From: Schmidtea polychroa
Taxonomy: Eukaryota
Direction: 5' to 3'
NCBI GenBank assembly: GCA_044892525.1
Contig: CM097888.1
Location: 37,448,001-37,512,000, forward strand
Length of the DNA stretch: 64,000 nt
The position numbers were made by a program, and so were the translations under genes. Below the pieces are notes generated by a model that saw only the letters and a list, made by a program, of their open reading frames with translations, made no database searches and was not told where the DNA came from. This document shows positions 37,901 through 47,989 of this stretch, piece by piece. How positions within the stretch are numbered: the first letter of the stretch is position 1; every line of letters begins with the position of its first letter.

Positions 37901-40900
37901 CGTATTTCCAGATCCTGACGTCAATCTAAATGCTTTTGTCAGCGAAAGTAGCTTTTAATTTATATTTTGTTTAATCATTTATTGGTACTTAATATTTTAT
38001 ACCACATTGACTGCCAGTCTAGTGTGAGCTAAATTTACCACAAGATGAATATAAAATTATTTATTTTAATAGTTTCGTTAAAAGTTGCCATGTTATTACA
38101 AGTTTATATAGAAGCCAAATTGTTCAAGAAAAATTCCACTGATTGTCTGTTCATGTATGACGTGAAGCTGGATATATATATATATATATATATATATTTG
38201 GGCTTATAACTTTAAAATTTTTAATCTGAAAGCTATATATAAATGTGTTAGTTTTATATTGAAATATTTAAAACAAAAAAAAATTTAATTTTGCAATTTA
38301 AACATTCAAATACTTTTCTTGTTTTTTATTCGCCAAAATAACTGTAATTTAAACATTTAAATTAATATTTAAATTGATGCAGTTAGGAAATGAAAATTGC
38401 AATAACAATTAAAAATAATATTACAATTTATAAAAGTCAAAAGTTAATTGTATGTATTAATTATTTTTTATGGAGGCCTTTTTGTGGTTCTTTCCCATTG
38501 GAGGCCCAGCTGCCCCCTTCTGATTTTGTCTGTTTATATTATTTTTGCTGTTTGTTAAATATTTTGACAACCACGATGCTACCATATGAGAAATGAGTTA
38601 AAACCAAAATATATTTATTGGCTTTTTTGTAATAACCTAACCAACTGTTTGTGGTTTATTTAAAAATATTGTTTTCAAACTCAATATGAATCGTAAATTT
38701 AGAGCCTCAGGAGATTTTTGCAGTGCAAATGTAGTTGGTTCTTTCTTTACTTTAGATCGATGTAATTAAATGCATTTAGTCGTGGTGTGACCAACTTTTC
38801 CATCACTTATGATTTATTTTTCGTATTACTCCCTATCTTCCTTGTTAAGCCTCTCCAGAAGTACGGATAATGTCAAATATGCTGGAAGACTGTTCTTCTG
38901 CCTTTTCACCAGGACGCTTTAGAAAGCTGTCTTGTTCAGATATTAAATTTTGCACTTTTTGTATTACAGACTTTGCTATTATAACAAGGAAATTTAAATC
39001 TCGAACACACAGAGCTTCCAATTCTCTAGCAATCATTTTAGATCTGCTTTTGTGACATTTATACTACTTGCAAGGTAATTGAATCTTCCATAAGAATTTT
39101 GCAATTATTTTCTAATGAATATTTAATTGAAAGGTTTTTTTCTTTGTTTAACAGTCTTATCAAGTCTTACCAGGTTATCTGTCCATGTAGTAGAGTTTTC
39201 ATAAATATCATTACTTAATCGCTTGAAACCCGTAAAAATCCCAAAGTAATAAAAATGTGCAATTTACGTTTTACATATTTTACTGTGTAATTGTATATCT
39301 GCATTATTAATTATTATATTTTTGCACTGTATCAATTTTCCCAGCGTTAGTTTAGAAGATTCTCATCTCTGTTTAATTTTTTCTGCTTTTTTTCTATGCA
39401 TGGTCTTCGTTGTCTCAAAATGGCCTATATTCGGTAAACCTTTCCAATATTTAAAAACACAAATTGTTTCACGACAAAAACTAGCTATTTTTCTGAACCT
39501 TTGTTCTATTGGTAGGTTGAAATAGTGTTCTTTAACGTGTATGGTGCCTTGATGTCTGCACGTTTTTGGAAAATATGCATAAAATCGATTCATATATTTC
39601 AACTTTTCAAAAAAATATCTTAACAAGGATATTTTAATCAAATTTATCAGTATATTTAATTGTAATGCTATAATGTTTTTTTGTGTGATTTACTTTTTTA
39701 TTTTTTGCACAATTTTTTATTTTTAGTTATAAATTGTGTAAACACTGAAATGAAAGTTGGAACTAAATTTTTAGATTTAAAACAAAACAATAACTTTCGG
39801 GCATATCCTCCTCTAATGGAAAGATGGCTTATTTATGATTCTCCATGAAATATGTATTTATGTATTTNNNNNNNNNNNNNNNNNNNNNNNNNNNNNNNNN
39901 NNNNNNNNNNNNNNNNNNNNNNNNNNNNNNNNNNNNNNNNNNNNNNNNNNNNNNNNNNNNNNNNNNNNNNNNNNNNNNNNNNNNNNNNNNNNNNNNNNNN
40001 NNNNNNNNNNNNNNNNNNNNNNNNNNNNNNNNNNATACTGTCTGCGACACAGGAGAAAGGCTTGGGACCAGGGAACAAAAATAATAAACCTAATTGCATC
40101 TAGTGGCACAAAGTGCTTATTAGTGCAAGTACCCTAACGGACCCCGGATCAGAAATGGGTCTTTTAGGGTAGACTAAAAAAGCAAGAATAAATGTAGTCA
40201 GAGGCATAAAGAGCCAACTGACACATAACAAACATGTAAATGGTTTGATAACTCGCCAATATCAAATCATTGAGCGGTTTTATCTCTGATACTTCCGTGA
40301 AGCACTGCATAATAGTGCTCAAATCCTTGGCCCCCAGCGTAGTGATGACTGATGATCCCTCATGGGAACACAGAAGAAACTATTTCGTTTAAAAACTAAA
40401 CCCGTTATGCTATGACCGCTTTGAGGTTGAAGCTCATCCGCCAGGATCCGACCTTCTCTTTTGAGCGGTAGGTAAAACCAAGCTTTGCATCGAAATGTGC
40501 AGTGTAAGGTTAAGTATTGGTTTCTCTATTCAAAAAATATTTAAATTTTTTTTTTATTTGTGGCATAATAATCGAAAAATTGTACTTTTTGATCTGCTTC
40601 ATTGTAAAAATTGATTTCTTTGAGAATTACAACTGTAAATTCTTTCAAGATTTCCTAAACTTCAATGCAAAAAAATTGATTGCGAATTCTTTCAAATAGT
40701 TAATTTTTAATTTAATTCATTAATCTTATTTTTTTAGATAGTAAAGATTCTATATTCGTCTTTGCCATAATAGAAAATATTAGCGTAGAACTTGGGCAAT
40801 TGTGCAAAGATATTGTTTATGCGGAAAAACCTCCTGATTTTAAAACATTAGCTTTTTTTAAAACTGGAATATCTCTAAGGTCCTTACTGACTGAAGAAAC

Positions 40901-43900
40901 TGCTGTTCATTTATATAATGAAAATCGTGAAGCATATCTTATTTCTCTAATTCGTCCTATCTTTTGGATCAAGCCAGTTGCTTTCGATAGAGGTCTTTTA
41001 ATGTGGAAATTGTATAAAGAGGAATTCGAAAAATGGAAAAAAACTATGACTCTTCATTCACAAGCGTGCACACCAAATGGGTCTTTACCTGGTCATCATT
41101 CACGCAGTCATTCTACTTTACATCAAGAAACCACTCCAAGTAGTGGTAGTACAAGTCATGGAAACACAATATATCAAAACAATTCTAAGCAAGATGTCCT
41201 TTTTTTACAATTAATGATCGATGACCTTGGAATTTGCATACCATTATTCCCTGCATCTTATACATGTACAGACTATGATCCACGTACAAATATGGTTGTT
41301 ACTTTGAAAAATGCGAGATTATCTTCTTGTTTTAAACAAGATTTTGCTAGTGAAGGAGAATTTATAAATTTCTGCGTAAGATTTGATGAAGAGTTCAATG
41401 TTGGTGCTGATGATTGGAAACCAGATATACAACGATTTTTAGTGTCCCATAAGGGAAAAGATCAACTTGTTGTTATAAATGGCTGTGTCGTTCCAAATGG
41501 AACTTTTCAAGTGTGCTCGAAGCTAAAACACGGAGACATTACAAAAGGAATTCAATTAGATGTTATTTGGAAAATGTGCGGCCTGGAAACGCATCTCGAT
41601 TGGAATATTGGTCGACGATTAAAAACACTCTCAATTATTTTGACTTCAATGATTAATCTGAAAGACACTGATGAGGAAGAACAATCTCGAACTCAGACCA
41701 TGTCTCCTAGAGTGCATAATATCAAGTCGGATTGTATTTTACTTCGAGGTCAACCAACGCAGTTATTTGATAGCCCACATGAGCATATAAATTTGAACTC
41801 TCTAAATGAAACAATGGATGACGTCACAGATCACCCCAATTATAATTTGAATCATAGAAAATCATTGGATTCACATAAATTTAAACGTCCGAAATTGCCT
41901 CAATTCTTTCCTAAACCTAAGCATAGTTCTATTAAGCGTAGTGATTCGCTGAGCACTAATCGATTGTCCACCTCAAATCCTTCTCCGCCTATTCGAGTTA
42001 GTATGCGTGTAAATCCTGTGGATTCAATTGACAATCGAATCGGTTTACCTTCAAGTAATACTTCAACATTAAAACATACCAATGCAAGACAATCAATAAG
42101 TGAAGAGGAATTATCGAGGAAAGGTATTGATTTATTATCTCCAAAAGGGTATAAACACAGTCAAATAAATCGACCTTCGACTCTCAGCATAACTAAAAAA
42201 TTGACTCCACCAGAAGTACACCGAGCGGATTCTATGTATTTTGATGCTCCTGAGACTATTTCTATAGAATCAGGTTATCCCGAAGACATAGATGAATTTG
42301 TTGACGCTAATAGTAATACTCAAAGTAGTGTAGAAGATTTCACTGCAACTCCTGTAATTATGCGTGAGCCGAAAAAGAAACTTCATCAAGCTCTTACTGA
42401 AAAACAAAATCCAGAAGCAGTTATTGGAATTGAATTGAAATTAAACATTCATGTAGATTCGGGCCGATGTGTACTTCATCCAAAAATTAACCAAACAGAA
42501 GCAGCTCAAACTATAAATAAATTTATGAATCCTTTAGAAGCATTAACCGATATGAGGTACAATCGTAATGGAACGATGTCAATTTTGAATAATGAAGAAG
42601 AACAACTAAACGCCTTAATTAAACGATACAAAGATTCTTTGAATTATACTCCTATAGCATCTGAAATTTCAATTTTCTATATTCCAGCTGTCGGATTGAA
42701 ACTTTTCTACAACTCAAAATCAGAAGTAATAAACAAAAATGATGTCTCATCCTCTAATAAACAAATTAATCAAAAAAATAAACAGAAAAAATCGGATTTA
42801 TATGCGTTCATATTTTTGAAAAAACTTCCTAAAGATTTGCTTGTTCATCCATCATTGATAGATTTTGTCGAACAAGCTCTTGAGGCTCTGCCGGTTTTGA
42901 CTGAAGATATAGATTTCGAGAAAAATAGTGAAAATCAAAGTCGAGAAAGTGATGAGTCTTCGAGTTTACTCAATGAATCATTACCGGTTGATGTTATCGT
43001 CCATATTTACGTCGAGCCATCTACATTGAGATTTGTTTGCGTTCCTATTTCACCTGTTCAATGTTTAATGTCTTTACCGTCGGTTGATTTGATATTCACA
43101 ACAAAACGCAGCCAATTGGATATATCTTCTAATAAAATCTTTACTCCAATTAAAAACAATGTTTCGGCTAGTGATCTATTAGATCTCGGTCAAAAATTAC
43201 AAGTGCAATATTTACCGGACCATGCTCAATTGTTTGCAGAAGGTGGATTGAGTGTTACTTGTATAATGAAGGAATTCAAAATTTCTGTTTTGCATCCTTA
43301 TGGAAATGTAGCCGGTCCAATAGATGCTAATCATTCTTTAACATTGGCGGTTCAAAATGTACGCTTCAATTTATGCCGAATGCGTCAATTGACTATGTTA
43401 GCCGAACCCAACAATCCATGTGATAGTATGACCACAAACAACAATATAAAAATTTCATCAATCGTTGACATCGGTTCTGCTGAATTTAAATACGATATAC
43501 GAAGAACTCAGGAAATTCTGGCTATTCCAATAGCTTGGTATAGAAGTTCATTGGCTCGTCGATTGTTCCTTGGAGATGATCCAGGTTTAGCACCTCCGCA
43601 AACGGTTGATGTTTCAACAAACAATATCCCAGACTTTTCAATTAGTGAGAATGAAGATCGAGTATCACCAAGGCATCTTTCTGGTGTTCATCCAATCGGT
43701 GCATCTGGTGAAATGCCTGGAAGTGCTGATCTCAAAATCCATGACAAAAATCACCACAGGCGACTGAGTTCAGGTGATAAAAATAAATATTTAGCTCTTG
43801 ACACTTCTCTAACTCGAATGCGTCCGAAATTGATGAATACACCCGCGCCAAAAGACGATCACTCGAAAGTCGTTTTTAAATTCGATGAAAAATCTACTCT

Positions 43901-45842
43901 TCCTAAACCATCGGTTAAAGAATCCAGCAAATCTTGCAGTTTAACAACATCAACTTGGCAATCACTTCTTCTTTTTGCATTTAACTTGGATAAAGTGAAC
44001 TTTGAAATGTCAATGGGAAGTGCAATGGGAATAACAAACTTTAATTTGTCGGAAATATATAGCCGTGGCCATTTAATGATGGATAGTTTGAAAAGTCGAA
44101 ACAATCAAATCAAAATCGGTATTAAAGACGCAAGGTTTAATAGTCAAGGAGGAATCGTAGGCGGAGAAGTAGGATTGTATGGACTGGATATGGGTTTGCA
44201 TATCAAAGAGGATTGCAACTCTGAACCGGAGCATCGACTGGTTGGAACTGTTGGCCATTTCGAAATCCGAATCGAATATATGAATACCAATATATTATTG
44301 GGTCGGATATCGAGTGTGGAATTGTCATTGCATGATGAATGGCAAAATTCAGTTATTCGTCAATTGACAAAAAATGTCGTGAACACTCAGCAATCGAAAA
44401 TGTTGAATCTTGCATCGGCAAATAGTGATCAGGCTTGTGTGGTCATTCTCGTACAAGGAGAAATGAAATGGGATCAATGTCAATTTGCCATCGGCCGAAC
44501 AACTACTCCAGATCTGATTAAATCGGGAATTAAGTTAACTGAATATTTCACCGAACAAGTTCGTGAGAGTCGAAAATCTTTTTTGTCATCGGATAGATTC
44601 GGATTTAATTTGAGATCATATTCTGCTGCAAACGCTTCATCTAGAACAGAAGATACGATGGATTTCATTTGCAGAGTTTTTCAACGTCACTGGCAGTCTA
44701 CTTATAATTTGGCATTGAATTCATTTCTAAGACTACCTTGTTACTCGGAAGATAGTCCAGAAATCCATAGCATATTGCCTCCAGGCTGTCTGAATTTAGG
44801 AATTGTCGGTGGATCTCTTCAGTTGATTGGTCGGAGTTTAGGAGTCGCCTGTTTTGCCGGTAATTTCAAATCTGCGCCAGACTGGGCGGTGTTCAATATC
44901 CAATATCCGACTATTAGTTTCGAAACTGAAGCCCAAAAAATGACAGACGATAAAGGTTCAGAAAAAACCAAAAGTATGGAAACTCTGGTCTATAGCAATT
45001 TTGAAGATTTTATCAATATCCGACAGGTTTTGAGTTTAGAACTCGGGCGACAACCTCATTTTCGACCTCACATGGCTTATGTGGTTAAAGTAAAACGAGG
45101 AAAAGACAACCCAGCCAATAATAAATCCCACCCGAGAATCGATGAGTGGTTTTATTTCGCCTTTAAACCCGCTGATAATGCCATAACGGTTTTCTTGAAA
45201 TCGAATAATCCACAATCGGAAAAGCATAATGTGTTACTCACGAGTTTTTCAGTTCCAAATTCCAAACAGACCGATCGACATATTCCATTTAATATTTCCA
45301 GAGATGCCGATATACTGTTTGTCATTCCGTCCATTTCTTCTCGCCTGACCACTGATCATCGACAGTCAATGATTTGTCCACAGACCGCAGATGAAAGTAT
45401 TGATTCAAAAGTCGAATTGAGTTTCCACACAGATTTCCACGGAGTTCTCCAACTGGGGATTATCGATGTGCCCTGGTTGCCGACTCTTATCAATTCTTAC
45501 ATCCAAGAGAAAATTCAAGATTCTGTTGATTGTCCTGACAACAGAGCATCTACTGGATCTCCTATTGTTAAAGATATGCGAGAATATACCATAATACACT
45601 GGAATCTCAGTCCTGAATGTCGATGGTTACAAGCCAATCAAGTTTCGGTTCCAGCATTTGATCAAATTCTGAAAATGGTCGGATTTAGAAAAGCCAGAAC
45701 AACAATTCCGAAATGGTTACAGCGGGGAGTGCTAGATCATCTGGACAATGTTCTATCTATTTTAGTTTCTCGTGTAATAAAATTGATGCAAGAAGATGTA
45801 CAGTCTATTAAATCTCTTGATAACTCGCTTGAACATAATTGA
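3474..45842 (+). CDS. BLTP1: Bridge-like lipid transfer protein 1 (KIAA1109/Tweek/LPD-3 orthologue), 5'-partial multi-exon gene
   Basis: Phase-consistent GT-AG exons: 3474-3723, 3779-4100, 6833-7353, 7427-7711, 7760-7871, 9652-9986, 10029-10336, 10383-10709, 20707-20871, 28051-28452, 29699-30274, 34326-34526, 34576-(gap at 34871), 35565-35790, 35872-~37947, 40738-45842. Motifs are collinear with human KIAA1109 as recalled: CPSEGDLKY, KRLWFLW..CGCVGGCAFFG, RVHGQLR..TAIPF.SKV, GWIMFECGLENLT, NLLSTATP, QQHINMPLLRLVHQF, PVAFDR, IGSAEFKYD..ARRLFLGD and the C-terminal ARTTIPKWLQRG. The N-terminal part of the protein was not found in the window. Confidence 0.93.
4783..4823. repeat. Tandem 14-bp repeat (ATGTTCTTATTGCA) x~3 abutting the MITE
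   Basis: Read directly from the sequence. Confidence 0.8.
4823..5049. mobile_element. pogo/Tigger-type MITE (227 bp)
   Basis: 27-bp TIRs CCGTATATTTC(A/G)GCGTATAAG(G/A)CGACC with 2 mismatches. Right flank TA, left flank TG (mutated TA). Confidence 0.85.
6833..7871 (+). CDS. BLTP1: BLTP1 exons 6833-7353, 7427-7711 and 7760-7871
   Basis: FGESLFEKGKWIF (cf. YGQSLLQPGEWII), LYSAYRRHLAIYSCSHW, and KTTVSIKFNNAIDILLTPLFVECMTR (cf. TTAIVEVKGTVDIVLTPLVAEALDR). Splice phases agree. An extra small in-frame intron ending at ttccag 7011 cannot be excluded. Confidence 0.8.
9652..10709 (+). CDS. BLTP1: BLTP1 exons 9652-9986, 10029-10336 and 10383-10709 (42- and 46-nt introns)
   Basis: RYVTIL..VNRLH, IDRINVCVMQ..TCVSLLSLCLD (cf. 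IPKVNLCLLQ..THVSLVALCFD), VKRVHGQLRRL..TAIPFNTSK. GT-AG phases are consistent. Confidence 0.85.
11112..11326. other. Assembly gap (N run), mirrored by gap 17859-18084
   Basis: N characters at the equivalent position in both arms of the palindrome. Confidence 0.99.
17859..18084. other. Assembly gap (N run)
   Basis: N characters. Confidence 0.99.
20707..20871 (+). CDS. BLTP1: BLTP1 exon of 55 codons, absent from the ORF track
   Basis: atacag|GTA..AAA|gtgag. Encodes VFFAFESDPGGPLSNCVRLDERSAGWIMFECGLENLTLKGVRKRGFPDSVDDYSK, continuing SK|V from the previous exon. Confidence 0.9.
21515..24318 (+). mobile_element. hAT DNA transposon (2.8 kb) with a disrupted BED-finger transposase
   Basis: TIR (C/T)AGGGATTGCA, perfect 8-bp TSD TTTCTATT (21507-21514 and 24319-24326), and subterminal GAATTC/TTCGAA repeats. 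Confidence 0.92.
22074..24013 (+). pseudogene. hAT transposase pseudogene (zf-BED, RNase H-like core, C-terminal dimerisation domain)
   Basis: WIHF..AKCKICNEIVK..HLRTIH (BED), LTINEWTS (first catalytic D appears as N), ITTDGASVM, CFAHAIHL, TRWNS, PPSSVESERAFS. Broken by frameshifts (near 22130 and 22518) and stops (22328, 23554). Confidence 0.88.
24338..25101. mobile_element. Non-autonomous Charlie/MER30-like hAT element
   Basis: Left end CAGTGGTGGTCAACC..GCGGGCCAC and right end GGGCCGCGGGTTGGCCGTCCCTT. Flanks ATCAAAAT and ATCAAAAC give a 7/8 TSD match. A decayed minus-strand coding-like patch lies at about 24660-24930. Confidence 0.7.
25638..27416 (-). mobile_element. Decayed Mutator-like (FLYWCH-MULE) transposon
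   Basis: Minus-strand fragments: KYGKEKL..FWRSELKNECKARLH..HSH (FLYWCH-like) and LNWFDDVYIGR..TNNYVEATHRRLQAKFGMDHPNIWKFI (MULE C-terminus). Imperfect TIRs GTTTTGGC(A/G)CAGGA at about 25642 and 27399-27411. TSD-like GTAGTTTT(T)CC on both flanks. Confidence 0.8.
26069..26287. mobile_element. piggyBac-type MITE nested in the MULE transposase
   Basis: TTAA TSDs (26065-68 and 26288-91), perfect 13-bp TIR CCACTTAATGTAC, and three internal degenerate GC-richer repeats (..GCCC.T.TA.G.CACG.GC..GTA). Confidence 0.85.
28051..28452 (+). CDS. BLTP1: BLTP1 exon
   Basis: cattcag|AAA..AAA|gtaatt. LQVRTLWLNFPAP..NLLSTATPMIKSWMDP (cf. IKEIWFSFAAP..LNLLSTATPAVGAWLVP). Confidence 0.87.
29699..30274 (+). CDS. 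BLTP1: BLTP1 exon
   Basis: tctag|GCT..GAC|gttagt. Reads ARAIRYEPTCQIF..LPQTVTLQRGILALTRHW (cf. LPALVTLKKGLVALARQW). Confidence 0.85.
31236..32939 (-). mobile_element. Truncated Ty3/Gypsy LTR retrotransposon (LTR, PBS, gag, protease, deleted RT)
   Basis: LTR TGAA..TTCA at 32795-32693, followed by PBS TGGCGTCACGA. gag from 32665 has one in-frame stop at 32432. Two zinc knuckles (CKYCGSEH..C and a degenerate one), protease VDTGADVSII, and the RT start CSPIVWIEK fused to the RT end NYFGRLIP, indicating an internal deletion. Confidence 0.88.
33156..33248. repeat. ~40-bp-stem inverted repeat (hairpin)
   Basis: AAAGAGCTTGAAAACTGTAAATCAGTAAATATAT, an 11-nt loop, then ATATATTACTGATTTATAGTCTTCAAGCTCTTT. 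A related degenerate copy lies at about 29521-29620. Confidence 0.75.
34326..34870 (+). CDS. BLTP1: BLTP1 exons 34326-34526 and 34576-(runs into the gap at 34871)
   Basis: EEAQKVFRPLLEIVGL (cf. DAQVVFKPLLSHTGI) and FGGYFGATGLLDSFRIDII (cf. FGEHLSFSGTLDCLRADIV). The 3' end is hidden by the N run. Confidence 0.8.
34871..35004. other. Assembly gap interrupting a BLTP1 exon
   Basis: N characters. Confidence 0.99.
35565..37947 (+). CDS. BLTP1: BLTP1 exons 35565-35790 and 35872-~37947
   Basis: IQQHINMPLLRLVHQFVTM, CWRQMYSLLDLYS, LPHHPVKLKDMM, EHTLATSLL..FVKEINEVIQKMAG, AVKFETQQIDVELSNR. The donor must be phase 1. The candidate used is A|gtagct at 37948; an earlier t|gtaaaa in the EVKCK codons is an alternative. 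Confidence 0.82.
38166..38197. repeat. (TA)n microsatellite
   Basis: Direct read. Confidence 0.85.
39868..40034. other. Assembly gap (N run)
   Basis: N characters. Confidence 0.99.
40738..45842 (+). CDS. BLTP1: BLTP1 terminal exon (~1700 codons, includes the C-terminal conserved region)
   Basis: tttag|AT acceptor at 40737. Reads ISVELGQLCKDIVY..FFKTGISLR, KPVAFDRGLL, LFLQLMIDDLGICIP, DSGRCVLHP, GGIVGGE, TTPDLIK and ARTTIPKWLQRGVLD. Stop TGA at 45840-45842. Confidence 0.93.
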
Positions 45843-46112
45843 TTCATTTTCATTTGTTATTTTGATGCATTTTCTTAGAATAAATTTTTTACTTTTGTTA
45901 TTTTCATCATTTCTCAATTTCCCTTGTTTCATGGTGATTAAAATACAGAATTTACTAATATGTGAGCTTCTGATTGGGATTAATTATTATTTTCCTAAAT
46001 TTTTATTTTATCATAAATTTTATTTTTAATCGATAATATGACATTTTTATTAGATCTATAAATGAATTTTCTCTATCGAATGATGACATGATTTATTCAA
46101 ATTCTCCAGGTA

Positions 46113-47030
46113 CCGTTTTTCCTCGAATATAAGACGCGGTCTTATATTAATTCCATAGCCAAAAAATGAACTAAGTCTTATTTTCGATATAGATTTTATT
46201 TTTGTGAAAACAAAAAGTACATAACGCGTTACTTTATTAAATCTCAAGATATATATAATCAAAAATTTTTATTTGTTAAGCAAGACCAACGTACATTAAC
46301 AAAACATTTAAAAAATAGAAACATGAAACATTTATTCTAACACCATTTCATCCTCCTATGGAACCTCGTCATAACAAATCAAACTTCGACTACCAGACTG
46401 TATTACTTGCATATGGATCTCTTCTAGAATATGTGAACCAAATCTCTCGTATTTAGCGATATAACTTTATTCGAAGGAACGCAATTGTCGGTAATTGTAT
46501 TCCATGAATTTATTTACCCATTTTACGATTTCTGTCAGGTTTGGCTTAGTAAAGTTTCCACATCGGTTTGTCTCCATTCTATGTTCGATGTAATGATTAA
46601 CTTCAATCCGCAAATAATCCTTGAATGGTTTGTTTATGACAAGATCTAAAGATTGTAGGTATGAAGTCATTTCAATGGGAATCATTATCTGATCAATTCT
46701 TCTCTTGTCCAGAAATTGTTTCATGTCTTTGGCACGATGAGTGCTGGTCGAATCCCACACTAAAAGACCTCTTTGAGAACCTCGAAAAATAGTTGGCAGA
46801 ATTAAATCAACCCATTGTCTACTTTTTTCCATTTCAATAACAAAAATTCCTTAAATTCCTGAAACACGGTAGTTGTATTTATGCGGTTTCATGATGTTCT
46901 ATGGCCTTCTACGTTTGTTTGAAGAATCTTTTTGTATAATCTTCAATTTTGAATGTTTGTGGTGGCTTAATAAATTGAAGCACTAAGCGGGGTTTAATTT
47001 CTCATCTTTAATAGCTGTCAGTATAAAATA
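46113..47030 (-). mobile_element. Truncated pogo-family transposon with a DDE_1 transposase fragment
   Basis: TA|CCGTTTTTCCTCGAATATAAGACGC TIR at 46113. ORF 46467-46832 reads LLVWDSTSTH..MIP..TSYLQSLDLVINKPFKDYLR. No partner TIR found. Confidence 0.82.
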
Positions 47031-47743
47031 AAACGATTTTTCCAATAATTTTTATTAAAACAACTACCTAAAAGACCCGGATAATTCAATACATTTTCAT
47101 ATTTTGAGCGATGTCGACATATTTCAAACATTCACATTCTTTTTAATGTTATAAATTTAATAAACTTGCAACCCTCGATTACCGTTATACTTGATTTGCA
47201 TTTTTAATAATTTGTTGTTTTTCTTATAATAGTAAAATAAAATGGAAAATAACTTGTGAAAATTTAATTTTTCAAAAATTGCAAGTTTTTTATAACACTA
47301 ACTAAATTCGGATAAGAAATTTATTATTGATTCTTTATCTTCTATATAATTGTTGTTTTTTTTCTTCAGCAATTTTGTAAGGCATTTGGATTTATTTTGA
47401 AATTAAAAAGACAGATGATGTAAATTAATATATAAACAAATACACTCAATTCTGTTTTTATGAGATAGATACGTTCCACAGAGAAAAAACATAAAAAATC
47501 GCACAAAGAAAACATAACTATATTGAATATTTAGGGATAAGTTCCATAATTTTCGGAAACCGTATAAAACCAAAAATATAACCAAAATATCGCATAAAAA
47601 AATTGAGGAGAGGATTATGGTGGGCATCTAAAAGTGTTTGAAGAAAGGAGGCTTATAGTTTTAAAACAAATTGAAATCACGAAACCAAAATTAGTTTTTT
47701 ATTTCACTTTTCTTAGAAATTAAATGATAATTACACCTATTCA

Positions 47744-47989
47744 TTATCTGCTTGCTGAAAATTCTGTACCAGAATGAGGGGTAGAGGGAGACGGTTGTAA
47801 TTGCTCGTAGAAGCGTAGAACCTTTTTTCTTATTAAAACTTCATTCTTTTTAATGGCTCTCATAGTAGATTCACCGAAACCAAAATGCTTACCAACATCC
47901 GCAGATTTATATCCTTTCACCAAACGATCTACAATTGCAATTTTAATTTCCAAAGAAATTCCTGTTCGTTTGTGATTCTTTTTTACCAT
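47744..47989 (-). pseudogene. Tigger/CENP-B-like HTH_psq transposase N-terminal fragment
   Basis: KRTGISLEIKIAIVDRLVKG..DVGKHFGFGESTMRAIKKNE, followed by loss of similarity. Confidence 0.75.

Noticed and set aside
38700-39640. Decayed gag or integrase on the minus strand
   Set aside because: Only vague resemblance (GKVGHTTTKC; CRHQGTIHVK); insufficient to call without a search.
40345-40385. Hammerhead ribozyme core (CTGATGA..stem..GAA)
   Set aside because: Stem II is not closed by G-C immediately before GAAA, and no stems I and III are evident. Other CTGA(T/C)GA hits (18118, 19699, reverse 2050 and 30570) also fail.
41900-45599. Minus-strand ORFs inside BLTP1 and PRPF8 exons (also 36224-36412 and 51867-58270)
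   Set aside because: Antisense shadows of long coding exons with no recognisable domains.
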